Assembly (NCBI GenBank): GCA_964016885.1
Contig: OZ024741.1
Location: forward strand, 365,490,001 to 365,554,000
Direction of reading: 5' to 3'
Origin: Eledone cirrhosa
Taxonomy: Eukaryota
DNA: 64,000 bases
The notes below the pieces were generated by a model. It saw only the letters and a list, made by a program, of their open reading frames with translations. It was not told the DNA's origin and searched no databases. Below are positions 23,892 to 36,554 of the stretch, piece by piece; position 1 is the first letter of the stretch, and the number at the start of each line of letters is the position of its first letter. The translations under genes and the position numbers were made by a program.

Positions 23892-26460
23892 TGTTTCTTT
23901 TATTTGCCACCAGGGCATCAAAAGTGGGACAAGTACAATGGAGGGAGTTTACAAAACAAGGCGTCCTCAATAAGGAGGAGGCAATAACAATATATAAAAA
24001 TAAAATAAAATATAACAAAAAATAAAATTTATAACAAAGTCCTCAATAGAGAGGAGGCGCCTTGGGAGGTCGCACACACCCCCGAAAAAAAGTGTGCAAC
24101 CCTTTTCCTCGGGAGCACAGAGAAGAGGTGCTCCCTTGGTCTTTCATCTTCCTCACCTATAGTCTGATGTAGAGTGAAGGCCCATTCACACGGGCCATTC
24201 TCGCCACTTTCACCCATCTTTCATAAAACGGCTGGGGTGCAGCACCTCTCTCTCCATCCTGATCCTTCTTCCGAAATGATATCGGAAGAAACGGACCAGT
24301 TGTTGGCCAGAGAGAAAGGTGTCTGACCTCAGTACTTTCAGACGCGTCCACCATACAACCTCTTTCGCCATGGCTATTACGCACAGAAACACCGACTCTT
24401 CTTCGTTTTTGAAGAGGGGAGGCGGCTTGATCGTTACAATAGACTCGGTGGTCAACCGAAATTGTCCCACCCTTGACAGCAGTTGTTCGACATAGCACCA
24501 CAAATCGGCAATGCCCGAGCAGTGTACCAATGCGTGTGCAACGGTTTCCTCGTCGCACACGCATCTGGAACAGATCTTTTTCGAGGGGTCCCTACCCGGG
24601 CGCCCGTGTCTGTAGAGCCTTTCTCTAACGGGCAGAGCCCTTCTGTAGCATTGCCAGGCCAGGGACCTCTGGAAGTTATCCATGGGTCCCGGGCTGAATG
24701 TCCTACCGAACAGGTTGGCCAGTTCGTCTTCCTCCATGCCTAGGGCTTCTCCGAGGGCGTCGTCGCACCTGCTAACCACCAGCCCTCTATAGAATGACGA
24801 GGTGGATTCTCCACTGACAGCCGGGTCCGCCTGCCAGATAGCCGTGAGCGCCTGGGCACACTCGGTGTGCCAGGCGCCCAGTTTTCTTGGTCTTTGCTTG
24901 AACCAGGATTGCAGCTCGGTGAGTGAGATGAGTCTGGGAAAGGCTCGCCTCACAAACGGGGCCCACACCGGTTGACCGGAGAGGAATACCTGAAGGTGCC
25001 GTAGCCTTAATGCGTGTTTACGTATCATTAGCCACGGCATCCCCAGCCCTCCTTTCGAAGGGTGTTGACATGATGGATCTCCTCACCATAGGAGCCCGCT
25101 TCTTCCAAAGGAATTGGAAGAGTGCGCGCTCCATTTTGGCGAGCGTTTCCCTTGGGCAAAGCACAACGGTCAGGCGGTAGTAGATGACGGACGCTATATA
25201 AGTGTTCGCCACCTCCGCCCGACCTTTCAGGGACAGTTTGCACTCGGCCCACTTCTGGGTCAGTGCAAACACCCTGTTCGTTACCTCACCCCAGTTCTTC
25301 TCCACCTGGAGGTCTGGTCCGAACCAGACCCCGAGCAACTTCACCGGGCCCTCCGTCCAGCGCCCGACGACGCCATCGGAGGGCATCGATCTGCCCCTCC
25401 ACTTGCCGAGTTGCAGACCGATCGACTTGTCCCGGTTCAGCTTAGCCCATGTAAACCTTTCGTACTCCTCCAGTAAGGTGCCGATCGCCCCGATTTCCGA
25501 GGCCGTCGACACCATTACTGTTACGTCATCGGCGTAGGCTGACACCGCTTTCCGCAATCCCGGTTCCAACGGGATGCCCTGCAACAACTCCAATTTCCGC
25601 AGCAGTGGCTCTAGAGTCACTACATACAGAAGGGAGGAGAGAGGGCACCCCTGTCAGATGGACCGCGCGATTTCGAACGGCTCCGAGAGGTAGCCGTTCA
25701 CCTTGACCCTAGAGCAGATGAGGCTGCTGTGCATGGCATTGATCCAGCTCCTGAAAACGGGTCCGAAGCCTGCCGCCGCTAGCACCGCATCCGGGTAACC
25801 ATGGTCGACCCTATCGAATGCCTTAGATTGATCCAAGTTGATCAGGGCCCCACCAAAGCCGGGTTCGTTCCCAACCCTCTCTATGATGTATCGCATGAGG
25901 TGGAGGTTGTCGTGGATGGACCTGGACGGGATAGCACATGTCTGCGCATCTCCCACCAGGTTACCCACGACAAGCGCCAACCTCTTTGCTAGCACCTTGG
26001 CCAAAATCTGTAACTCTGTATTTAGCAGAGTTATGGGCCTGAAATTATTTATATTGTCCCCCTTGTTCTCGTCCTTCCTCACTAGCGTGACTACGCCCTT
26101 GGTCACAGCACAGGGAACTCTCCCGTCCTGTTGCCAGTTGCAGTACACCGCCTCGAGGAGATCGGGGAACAAGTCCGGCATAGTTATATATAGTTCGTAT
26201 GGAAGACCATCGAGACCCGGGGATTTGCGTTTGCCGCATTGGCTCAGCTCGTCCTCTATCTCAGCGGCTGAAATCGGCTCCTCGTAGGACTTCGCCTCCC
26301 TGTCCGAGAGACGCGGCAGGCCGTCGAGGTATGGACCGAAGTCCACATCCCGAACCGGCTCCACGCCCCTTCCGAACAATCCGGCAAAGTGCTTTTGAAA
26401 AGTCTCGCACATCTGCTTAGGTTCAAGGATCACCCGTCCATCCTGGTCTCGCAAAGACCG
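23892..26460 (-). mobile_element. 5'-truncated L1/Tx1-like LINE (ORF2 RT and CCHC finger, frameshifted) flanked by (GATA)n
   Basis: KSPGLDGLPYE, NFRPITLLN, DQSKAFDRVDH, QGCPLS, AYADDVT, KLLGVWFG, CSRCVCDEETVAHALVHC. Confidence 0.92.
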
Positions 26461-26532
<72 letters not shown>

Positions 26533-26533
26533 T
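26461..26533. repeat. (GATA)n microsatellite
   Basis: Visible directly in the sequence. Confidence 0.97.
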
Positions 26534-26639
26534 ATCTCGCTATGCCTATTTTTGGATTATTTTATCCATCATCAATGATGTTTCGTACGCAAAATGTATA
26601 TCAGCTATAGCTTATTTTATGCTCAGCACTGAGTGTATC

Positions 26640-27040
26640 ACTCCATTTCATTCTGTAGCTTCATTTCTCTCGTTCTATTCTGGCATTCCGTTATTCCATT
26701 CTGTCGTTCTGTTCCGTCATTCCATTATGTCGTTCTATTCAGTTATTCCATTTTGTCGTTCTATTTAGTTATTCCATTTTGTCATCCTATTCCGTTATTC
26801 CATTCTGTCGCTTGTATCTGTAGATTCCTTCTGTCGTTCTATTCTATGGTATTATTCTCCAATTCCTTTATTTCCTTCAGTCTTTCCATTTCTGTTGTTC
26901 CATTCTCTCGTTCTATTCTGTCATTACATTATTGCCTTCAGTAGCTCCATTCCGGTCGTTTTCTTCTCTCCTTCTATTATCATCTCGTTCTATTATTCTA
27001 TCCTTCTATTATTCTGTCGTTTCATTCTATTTCATTATTT
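26640..27040. repeat. Degenerate pyrimidine-rich minisatellite (ttccattctgtcgttctattc-like units)
   Basis: Repeated ttattccatt.tgtcgttctatt motifs. Confidence 0.7.
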
Positions 27041-27480
27041 CCAAGAATACACAAATTTTAGAACTAAGAATGTCTATTGTAACGTGTGTATTAGTTTTCA
27101 ATGAGATAATTATTATCGCCCTCTGTTAAAGGACTATTTATGTTTTTTCTTCTGTCCACAAAAATATTCCCGAAATCATGCCAAAATAGCTTTTCCCTTT
27201 TGTTTTCCATTTCATTCATAATTTGTTTTGCTTTCTAGTATGTTTTTTCTATGAAACATAGAAGTCACATAATCCCATTAGCAGTATAATTTGATAACAA
27301 TCCGTTATAAATAGATAGTTTATCATATAACTATCACAAATGAATTATTCAAGAACTAATTTGGTGAGGTTGCCTTTGAAAAGATATATTGACGGCCCAT
27401 TTAACAAGTCAGTAGTAAATACAGACAACAATATGTATGCAAATAACTCATAAACTATAATCCACTCTCTCACCACCTAT

Positions 27481-27547
<67 letters not shown>

Positions 27548-27563
27548 TAAATATATATATATA

Positions 27564-27615
<52 letters not shown>

Positions 27616-27904
27616 CTGACACACACACACATATATATATATAAAGAAAGAGAGATATAGAGAGAGAAGGAAGAAAGAGTGAACAAGAAAGAGTGATTCA
27701 TATATATGTTGTGTATGTGTGAGATAGAGGAATATGTTAGCGTGAGTAGTTGAGAGGCAGACGAAGGAACGCTTTCAATTGTATATTTATACGAACATTT
27801 GTCATTGAAGAACATCAAATAAAATGTCTACGCGAGTCTTTGTTTAGATTAAATGTTTGGAGTAAACACACAACTAAAGAAAACTATTACCGCACCATAC
27901 GTAT

Positions 27905-28670
27905 TGCACACATAAACACACACATACACACCCGCATACACACACACACATACGCACACACATACACACACACATACGCCCACACATACGTACACATACA
28001 CACACATACGCACACACATACACACATACAGACATACACACATACACGCAAACACACACAAACACATACGCACACACATACACATACACACACACATACG
28101 CACACACATACGCATACACATACTCATACACACAAACACAGACACACACACACAAACACACATACACACACAGACACACGTACACACATACGCATGCACA
28201 TATATATATATATATATATTTATTATGTACTATATCTATTATATGCATTAAACATATATGTTTACCCCCACTCACGCACATACATGTGTTTGTATTTGTG
28301 GTGGCTTATGTGTGTGTGTGTGTGTGTGTGCGTATGTGACATATGCATATGTCTGTATATGTGAACATCAACTTATATTTATGTGTGTTTGTGCGTAGGT
28401 GGGTGTTTGTGTGTGTATGTATGTGTGTCTGTATATGTGAATGTCAAATTATATTTATGTGTTTGTGGTGGTTTATGTGTGTGTGTGTGTGTGTTTGTGT
28501 GTTTGTGTTTGTGTGTGCATATGTCTGTATATGTGAACATTAAATTATATTTATGTGTGTTTGTGTGTGTGTGTATTTGTGTGTGGGTGTTTGTTTGTGT
28601 GTGTATGTATGTGTACGTGTGCGTGTGTGTGAATGTGTCAAATATGCATATGTCTGTATATGTGAACGTC
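27905..28670. repeat. Complex (CA)n/(TG)n microsatellite with a ~70-90-bp higher-order unit
   Basis: atatgtctgtatatgtgaa..tcaaa.t.tatatttatgtgt recurs about four times. Confidence 0.85.
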
Positions 28671-29277
28671 AAATACAGATCAGAAAGTATAATTTTGTGT
28701 GTGTTTGTGACATTGGTAAGTTAGTGTTAATGTTGTATCAAACATGTCCACACATGTGAATACCTGTGTGGAATAATGGTCAAGGTGTTAGTCTCACGAT
28801 CGTCGGGTGGTTTCCGCGCGTTGCATAGTGTCCTAGTGTATGACACGTCATTTCGCCTTGCTTGAGTCTACCAAGCTGGCATGAAAGAAACTGTTTGGAA
28901 TCTTATCAGATGGACTGCACACGTAGCTCATGAGGCCAGCCTAGTTACACAAAAGTCATACTGTAACTCCCTGACAACAACGCTAAAGCTTCGCGGTTCA
29001 TGTGTATGCACAGACACTTGCAAGTTAATTTATTCAGTTCAGCATCTATTATATTCCTCAAGAGCATGGAATCAACCGTGGTTCGATATGTATATATATA
29101 TATATGTGTGTGTGTCTATATATGTGTGTATGTATATATATATATATATAATGTAGGAGGTGAGTTTTATTGTAGTACAATAAAGCAATGCAGATATCGG
29201 ATAAGAAGCACTCTACAGTTTGTAGGACTGGAGTATGCATAATATAAGATCAAAAGATGGTTAAAGGAGTTCCATGT

Positions 29278-29346
29278 ATTTTATTATGCGCATTTCAAAA
29301 ACAAACATCATCATGCAATAATATTTGTGTTTTCATCAGATAAAAC
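29278..29346 (-). ncRNA. Type I hammerhead ribozyme, family A
   Basis: Reverse complement of 7191-7259. Confidence 0.85.
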
Positions 29347-30022
29347 AGGAGAACATGATATGAAGGCTAAAAAACACTTGTGGATAGTGCAATTTTAAAT
29401 CTACATATGAAAAGTGGTTTTAGATTGATGTGTGATATTGGGAAAAATATTTTATTTAGAGAGGGGGGGTGGAAAGGATGAAAAAGGGGGAGGAGATGAG
29501 AGGGAGAGATGGGTGATAGAGAGAAAGAGATAGCTTTTATAACTGAGAGGAGATATACTGTCCCACACAGAGAGGTTGAAAACCGTTGGAAGATAATGTA
29601 TAAACCCCCAAAAATTTTTGAAAATCAACGAAAGGAGGATATGTGCGAGGAAAAAGTATTTTATTTAAGGAGGGGGGCTGGAAAGGATGAAAAAAAGGGG
29701 GAGGAGATGAGAGTGAAGGTGGAGAGGGAGAGATGGGCGATAGAGAGAAAGAGATAGTTTTTATAACTGAGAGAAAGATACATTGCCTTACACAGAGAGG
29801 TTGAGAAACCGTTGGAAGATAATGTATAAATTAAAGGAATTTGAAAATTAACGAAGGGAATTTATGTATGAAGATAGAGAGAAGAAATAATAATTGTGGA
29901 TGAATATTCTAACGTCAAAAAAAGGGTATGTTGTGGCAATTTCAAAATTAACGAAGAGAAAAATTATTAAGGTTTGTGTGTAGAAGGATTTGAGAAAAAT
30001 AATGTGAAGTTAAAGTTTGTAT

Positions 30023-32135
30023 TGTAGCGGTTGTCTCCCTTGTTTTGATTAGGATCTAGACGGGAAGTGGAACCCTTTCTGCAACTTCCGGTCAGAGCCC
30101 TATAAAACTAACAACTTTAAGCTTCCTTTCTCTCATTGCCTTTTCGGCACCTGTTCAAGAGCCTCACATTTGGCTCTGTTATTAATTTGGCCAACAGGCG
30201 CCTGGCCTTAGCCAGGCGTCCTCTGCCAGCCGCGTTTGCCTGGCAATCAAAACGGTAACTACTAACTTTGTGTCATTCTAACATCTATTCCTATTGACAT
30301 GTCAACTATAAAATCTACTGTTAATTAAATATTATACACCAAACCATGTATTCCTTGTTACATTCATACAATCCAGTAATCCCGCTATATTGGTAACCCT
30401 GACGTGATACGAACACGCAGCCGTTCATCGCTATAAGTGGTCACCCCCCAAAAAAAGAAAAAAATAGCACATCTGGTTTTGTGAGTAACATTACGAATAC
30501 ACAGCAAATTTAGCGACAAACTATGAAAATACTCAAGGACACGCACACACGCACATGTGGAATTCGCACAGACAGACTTTTTCTCTCACGCATCAATTAA
30601 CTGTCGCATTTCACCAATATATATATATGTTTCTCGTTTCTTACAACGAACACTTTCAAAACAAAAAAAAAACAAAACATTTCACGATATATATATATGT
30701 TTCTCGTTTCTTACAACGAACTCTTTCAAAACACAAAAAAAAAAGAAATTTGATATTCTTTAAAAAAACATTTCAACAGGAACATTTATTTTCGATGAAC
30801 CATTGCCTTTTTGTTCATCGTTTTCTTCATCGTTCAAGTTTTTTTTTTTTTCCCAAAGTTCACACCAATAATTATGCTGAGTGAAGCCTTTCTTTTTCAT
30901 CATTGTCACTTTCAAAATTGCACTATCATTTTCTCGCGCGTTAGAAATATTATTTTTTTCAACCTTGTATTGGCACGTGTAGGCAGCACAAATTCTCGAT
31001 TCACAGAGATGTCTCTACTCACAGACAGCCGCACGCCAGAGATATCATTTCTCACCAGGGATTCTTCAGCCTTAAGCTATATTCTTCTATTTGCCGGTTT
31101 ATAAATTTACAATGTAAATTTACCGTTGATAACCGCGCATTTATTAAGAATGCTTATTTCTCTGGTCGCTGGCCTCTTGACCCTTCCAGGTCAACGCATT
31201 CTCAACATCGACCATCAACTTCGGCTGCTATTTCTAGCACTTTGCGCAACTCATTTTTTCTAAAAAAAAATTTTGTTACTGTGAATTTAAACACCGAATA
31301 CGCTCACTCAGCGAGACAACAGCAGCAGCAACAGCAATATAACAGCAACAGCAATACATCAATACAGCTTCACGAAAGCCAGAGAATTCATTTTTGCAGC
31401 ACTCTTCCTGTGAGAAAATCCATTCGGAGGTTGGAAATTTCACGATATACCACAGAACAGAAACCACCTGCATTCATTCTCTGGAACACACTTTCTTTCC
31501 TGCTGTCATGTGATTGCACACCTGTGAACTATATTTTGAACTTTGAGCTCTTCTATTACTTTTACTTTATTACGTTGTATCTTTGGGTGATGGATAGATG
31601 GATGTCCAGTCGTTCTCTGGCCAAGAGCGGTTGGCTACCTTGATATCTATCATTGATTTTTTCCAAACATTCTTTTGTCGTAATTTTCATGCCTGTTACA
31701 ACATTCTCGCCAACTTGCTACATATTTTCATTTCGATTTTTATACACTAAAATTCTGGCGGGAGGTTATGTAGCGGTTGTCTCCCTTGTTTTGATTAGGA
31801 TCTAGACGGGAAGTGGAACCCTTTCTGCAACTTCCGGTCAGAGCCCTATAAAACTAACAACTTTAAGCTTCCTTTCTCTCATTGCCTTTTCGGCACCTGG
31901 TCAAGAGCCTCACATTTGGCTCTGCCATTAATTTGGCCAACAGGCGCCTGGCCTTAGCCAGGCGTCCTCTGCCAGCCGCGTTTGCCTGGCAATCAAAACG
32001 GTAACTACTAACTTTGTTTCATTCTAACATCTATTCCTATTGACATGTCAACTATAAAATCTACTGTTAATTAAATATTATACACCAAACCATGTATTCC
32101 TTGTTACATTCATACAATCCAGTACTCTCGCTATA
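30023..32135 (+). mobile_element. Non-autonomous LTR retrotransposon (Ty3/Gypsy-like), 367-bp LTRs, 4-bp TSD GTAT
   Basis: LTRs 30023-30389 and 31769-32135 (TGTAGCG...CGCTATA) differ at few sites. TSD GTAT at 30019-30022 and 32136-32139, with the empty site visible in the opposite arm (~32975-32992). PPT ggcgggagg ~31757-31765. No long internal ORF. Confidence 0.92.
30391..30422 (+). other. Primer binding site complementary to the tRNA-Trp 3' end (extended)
   Basis: TGGTAACCCTGACGTGATACGAACACGCAGCC against the recalled metazoan tRNA-Trp complement TGGTGACCCCGACGTGATTCGAACACGCAGCC (29/32). Confidence 0.8.
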
Positions 32136-33658
32136 GTATATTGGAGGAATTGATAATATATGCGAATAGAGTTAATATGTATTAAGAATGAGTTCGTTGA
32201 TGGGGAGAAAAAAAAAAATTAAGGATGAAATTGAGATTAAAAAGATTTATGAGAGAGAGAAAAAAATAATGATTGCGGATAAATATTCTAACGTCAAAAA
32301 AAAAAAAACAGATGTATATGTTATGAATGATTTTACAAGGTGAAGATAGAGTGAGGGTAATGAGTAAACAAGTATTATAGAGTGTATAAAGCCCTTTAAA
32401 GTATGGTAGGAAGATGGGTATATTTTAAAGAGGTGTATGTATATGTGCCTTTGAGAAAAGATTCTAAATTGATAAAGAATTGAATATTAACTGTATACTT
32501 TGTGAAAAGTTGTATGGAATTTATGCAGGCAGATAGAAAACAAATCTGTGCGTCTATTTATTATAGAATCTAGATTTGTTTTCTATCTGCCTGCATAAAT
32601 TCCATAGAACTTTTCACAAAGTATACAGTTAATATTCAATTCTTTATCAATTTAGAATCTTTTCTCAAAGGCACATATACATACACCTCTTTAAAATATA
32701 CCCATCTTCCTACCATACTTTAAAGGGCTTTATACACTCTATAATACTTGTTTACTCATTACCCTCACTCTATCTTCACCTTGTAAAATCATTCATAACA
32801 TATACATCTGTTTTTTTTTGACGTTAGAATATTTATCCGCAATCATTATTTTTTTCTCTCTCTCTCATAAATCTTTTTAATCTTAATTTCATCGTTAATT
32901 AATTTTTTTTTTTCTCCCCATCAACGAACTCATTCTTAATACATATTAACTCTATTCGCATATATTATCAATTCCTCCAATATACAAACTTTAACTTCAC
33001 ATTATTTTTCTCAAATCCTTCTACATACAAACCTTAATAATTTTTCTCTTCGTTAATTTTGAAATTGCCACAACATACCCTTTTTTTGACGTTAGAATAT
33101 TCATCCACAATTATTATTTCTTCTCTCTATCTTCATACATAAATTCCCTTCGTTAATTTTCAAATTCCTTTAATTTATACATTATCTTCCAACGGTTTCT
33201 CAACCTCTCTGTGTAAGGCAATGTATCTTTCTCTCAGTTATAAAAACTATCTCTTTCTCTCTATCGCCCATCTCTCCCTCTCCACCTTCACTCTCATCTC
33301 CTCCCCCTTTTTTTCATCCTTTCCAGCCCCCCTCCTTAAATAAAATACTTTTTCCTCGCACATATCCTCCTTTCGTTGATTTTCAAAACTTTTTTGGGAT
33401 TTATACATTATCTTCCAACGGTTTTCAACCTCTCTGTGTGGGACAGTATATCTCCTCTCAGTTATAAAAGCTATCTCTTTCTCTCTATCACCCATCTCTC
33501 CCTCTCATCTCCTCCCCCTTTTTCATCCTTTCCACCCACCCCTCTCTAAATAAAATATTTTTCCCAATATCACACATCAATCTAAAACCACTTTTCATAT
33601 GTAGATTTAAAACTGCACTATCCACAAGTGTTTTTTAGCCTTCATATCATGTTCTCCT

Positions 33659-33727
33659 GTTTTATCTGATGAAAACACAAATATTATTGCATGATGATGT
33701 TTGTTTTTGAAATGCGCATAATAAAAT
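33659..33727 (+). ncRNA. Type I hammerhead ribozyme, family A
   Basis: Same sequence as 7191-7259. Confidence 0.85.
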
Positions 33728-33844
33728 ACATGGAACTCCTTTAACCATCTTTTGATCTTATATTATATATATATATATATATATGTCAGGTCACCAGTTG
33801 GTGCTACTGGTAACATGTATGCCAGTACAACCTGTCCCTTGGTA

Positions 33845-34009
33845 CCATGGGCCCAGCACTATGTGTCAATAATTGTCACAAGTGTAGTGTTTGTACCAGA
33901 GTTTTCAAGTCGCTGGCTGGACTAAAATGTCACTCGTTCAGCGCATTGGTAGGGGTTCTCCTACATGGATATAAAGTAGTGGCCGTACTCGAAAACGAGT
34001 TGGCAGCCA

Positions 34010-34012
<3 letters not shown>
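33845..34012 (+). mobile_element. LINE 3' end fragment (RTE-like) with C2H2-like tail
   Basis: Encodes [18 protein letters not shown], then a short 3'UTR and (TA)n. Second copy inverted at 54498-54667. Clade assignment is inference. Confidence 0.6.
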
Positions 34013-34057
<45 letters not shown>

Positions 34058-34072
34058 GTATATATATATATA

Positions 34073-34147
<75 letters not shown>

Positions 34148-34190
34148 GTATATGTATATATATATATATATATATGTGTGTGTATATCTA

Positions 34191-34238
<48 letters not shown>

Positions 34239-34736
34239 CGTATATATCTACACGTATATATATATATATATATATATAACGAAGGAAATGTGGTAAGGAA
34301 CCAGGTGGACCATAACGAACTAAAGTACTCAATACTTAGGGTAGTAGAGTGGGTAATAGGAACGAGTAGGAACGAGTTTCTTACACTAGGACACTATGCA
34401 ACGCGCGGAAACCACCCGACGATCGTGAGACTAACACCTTGACCATTATTCCACACAGGTATTCACATGTGTGGACATGTTTGATACAACATTACCACTA
34501 ACTTACCAATGTCACAAACACACACAAAATTATACTTTCTGATCTGTATTTGACGTTCACATATACAGACATATGCATATTTGACACATTCACACACACA
34601 CACAGACACACATACGTACACATACATACACACACAAACACCCAGCCACACACAAATACACACACACACAAACACACATAAATATAAATAAATGTTCACA
34701 TCTACAGACATATGCACACACAAACACAAAAACACA

Positions 34737-34796
<60 letters not shown>

Positions 34797-34803
<7 letters not shown>

Positions 34804-35252
34804 AATTTCTTTAAGTCGTTTGGAAGCCTCAACAATGCAAATGGGTAAATCTCCGGGTAACAAGATCTGGTGGTGGAGAGAGAGATGTAAGTGGGTGTAC
34901 GTTGAGATGCGTGGTGTGTATAAGACGTGTAGAGAAATGAAGGAAAGAACATAAGGGATAAAATTAAAATAACAACACGAGAGAGAGTTACCTTGGGACA
35001 GATTTAATTGTCCCTATATATTTCGGATTCACATCCATCAACTGGGGGGGGTTCCGGGGTGGGGAAAAGTTTGTCTGTCGGAAAGGTGCGAAAAGCATCC
35101 TCCGCTGTTCGTTGTTTTGATATTCAAAACAACGAACAGCGGAGGATCCTGTTACCCGGAGATTTACCCATCTGCATTGTCGAGGCTTCCAAACGACTTA
35201 ACGAAATTTACCTTATTATTCCACAATGCTTCAAGCAAACTTCAATACTCTC
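34797..35252. mobile_element. Short fold-back fragment of a further PLE-like family
   Basis: 34797-34868 is inverted at 35145-35214, with a perfect hairpin at 35097-35148. Ends in cacaATGcttcaagcaaacttc, resembling a PLE ORF start. (TA)n flanks. Confidence 0.55.
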
Positions 35253-35279
35253 ATATATACATATATATATATATATACG

Positions 35280-35345
<66 letters not shown>

Positions 35346-35370
35346 TATATATATATATACGTATATATAC

Positions 35371-35427
<57 letters not shown>

Positions 35428-35469
35428 TATATAATATAAGATCAAAAGATGGTTAAAGGAGTTCCATGT

Positions 35470-35538
35470 ATTTTATTATGCGCATTTCAAAAACAAACAT
35501 CATCATGCAATAATATTTGTGTTTTCATCAGATAAAAC
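35470..35538 (-). ncRNA. Type I hammerhead ribozyme, family A
   Basis: Reverse complement of 7191-7259. Confidence 0.85.
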
Positions 35539-36554
35539 AGGAGAACATGATATGAAGGCTAAAAAACACTTGTGGATAGTGCAGTTTTAAATCAACATAT
35601 GAAAAGTGGTTTTAGATTGATGTGTGATATTGGGAAAAATATTTTATTTAGAGAGAGGGGTGGTGGAAAGGATGAAAAGGGAAGGAGATGAGAGGGAGAG
35701 ATGGGTGATAGAGAGAAAGAGATAGTTTTTTTATAACTGAGAGGAGATATATTTTTTACATAGAGAGGTTGAAAACCGTTGGAAGATAATGTATAAATTA
35801 AAAATTTTGAAAATTAACGAAGGGAGGATATGTGCGAGGAAAAAATATTTTATTTAGGGAGGGGGGGGGGGGAAGGATGAAAAAAAGGGGGAGGAGATGA
35901 GAGTGAAGGTGGAGAGGGAGAGATGGGTGATAGAGAGAAAGAGATAGTTTTTATAACTGAGAAAAAGATATATTGTTTTAACATAGAGAGGTTGGGAACC
36001 GTTGGAAGATAATGTATAAATTAAAGGAATTTGAAAATTAACGAAGGGAAATTATGTATGAAGATAGAGAGAAAAAAATAATAATTGTGGATGAATATTC
36101 TAACGTCAAAAAAGAAATGTATGTATTGTGGCAATTTCAAAATTAACGAAGAGAAAAATTATTAAGGTTTGTGTGGAGAAGGATTTGAGAAAAATAATGT
36201 GAAGTTAAAGTTTGTATATTGATTGAATTGATAATATATGCGAATAAAGAGTTAATATGTATTAATAATGAGTTCGTTGATGGGGAGAAAAAAAAAATAA
36301 TAATAAATTAAGGATGAAATTGAGATTAAAAAGATTTATGATAGAGAGAAAAAATAATAATGATTGCGGATGAATATTCTAACGTCAAAACAAATGTTAT
36401 GATTTTACAAGGAGAAGATAGAATGAGGGTAATGAGTAAACAAGTATTATAGAGTGTATAATGCCCTTTAAAGTAAGGTAGATGGGTATATTTTAAAGAG
36501 GTGTATGTATATGTGCCTTTGAGAAAAGATTCTAAATTGATAAAGAATTGAATA

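Larger units (their letters stand above)
29152..33765. mobile_element. PLE family A fold-back insertion, interrupted by an LTR element
   Basis: Left arm 29241-32547 (minus the LTR insertion) is inverted relative to 32572-33765. Includes the end of the GIY-YIG ORF; (TA)n flanks. Confidence 0.9.

Noticed and set aside
26640-27040. CRISPR-like array
   Set aside because: Degenerate minisatellite with no unique spacers, in a eukaryotic context with no cas genes.
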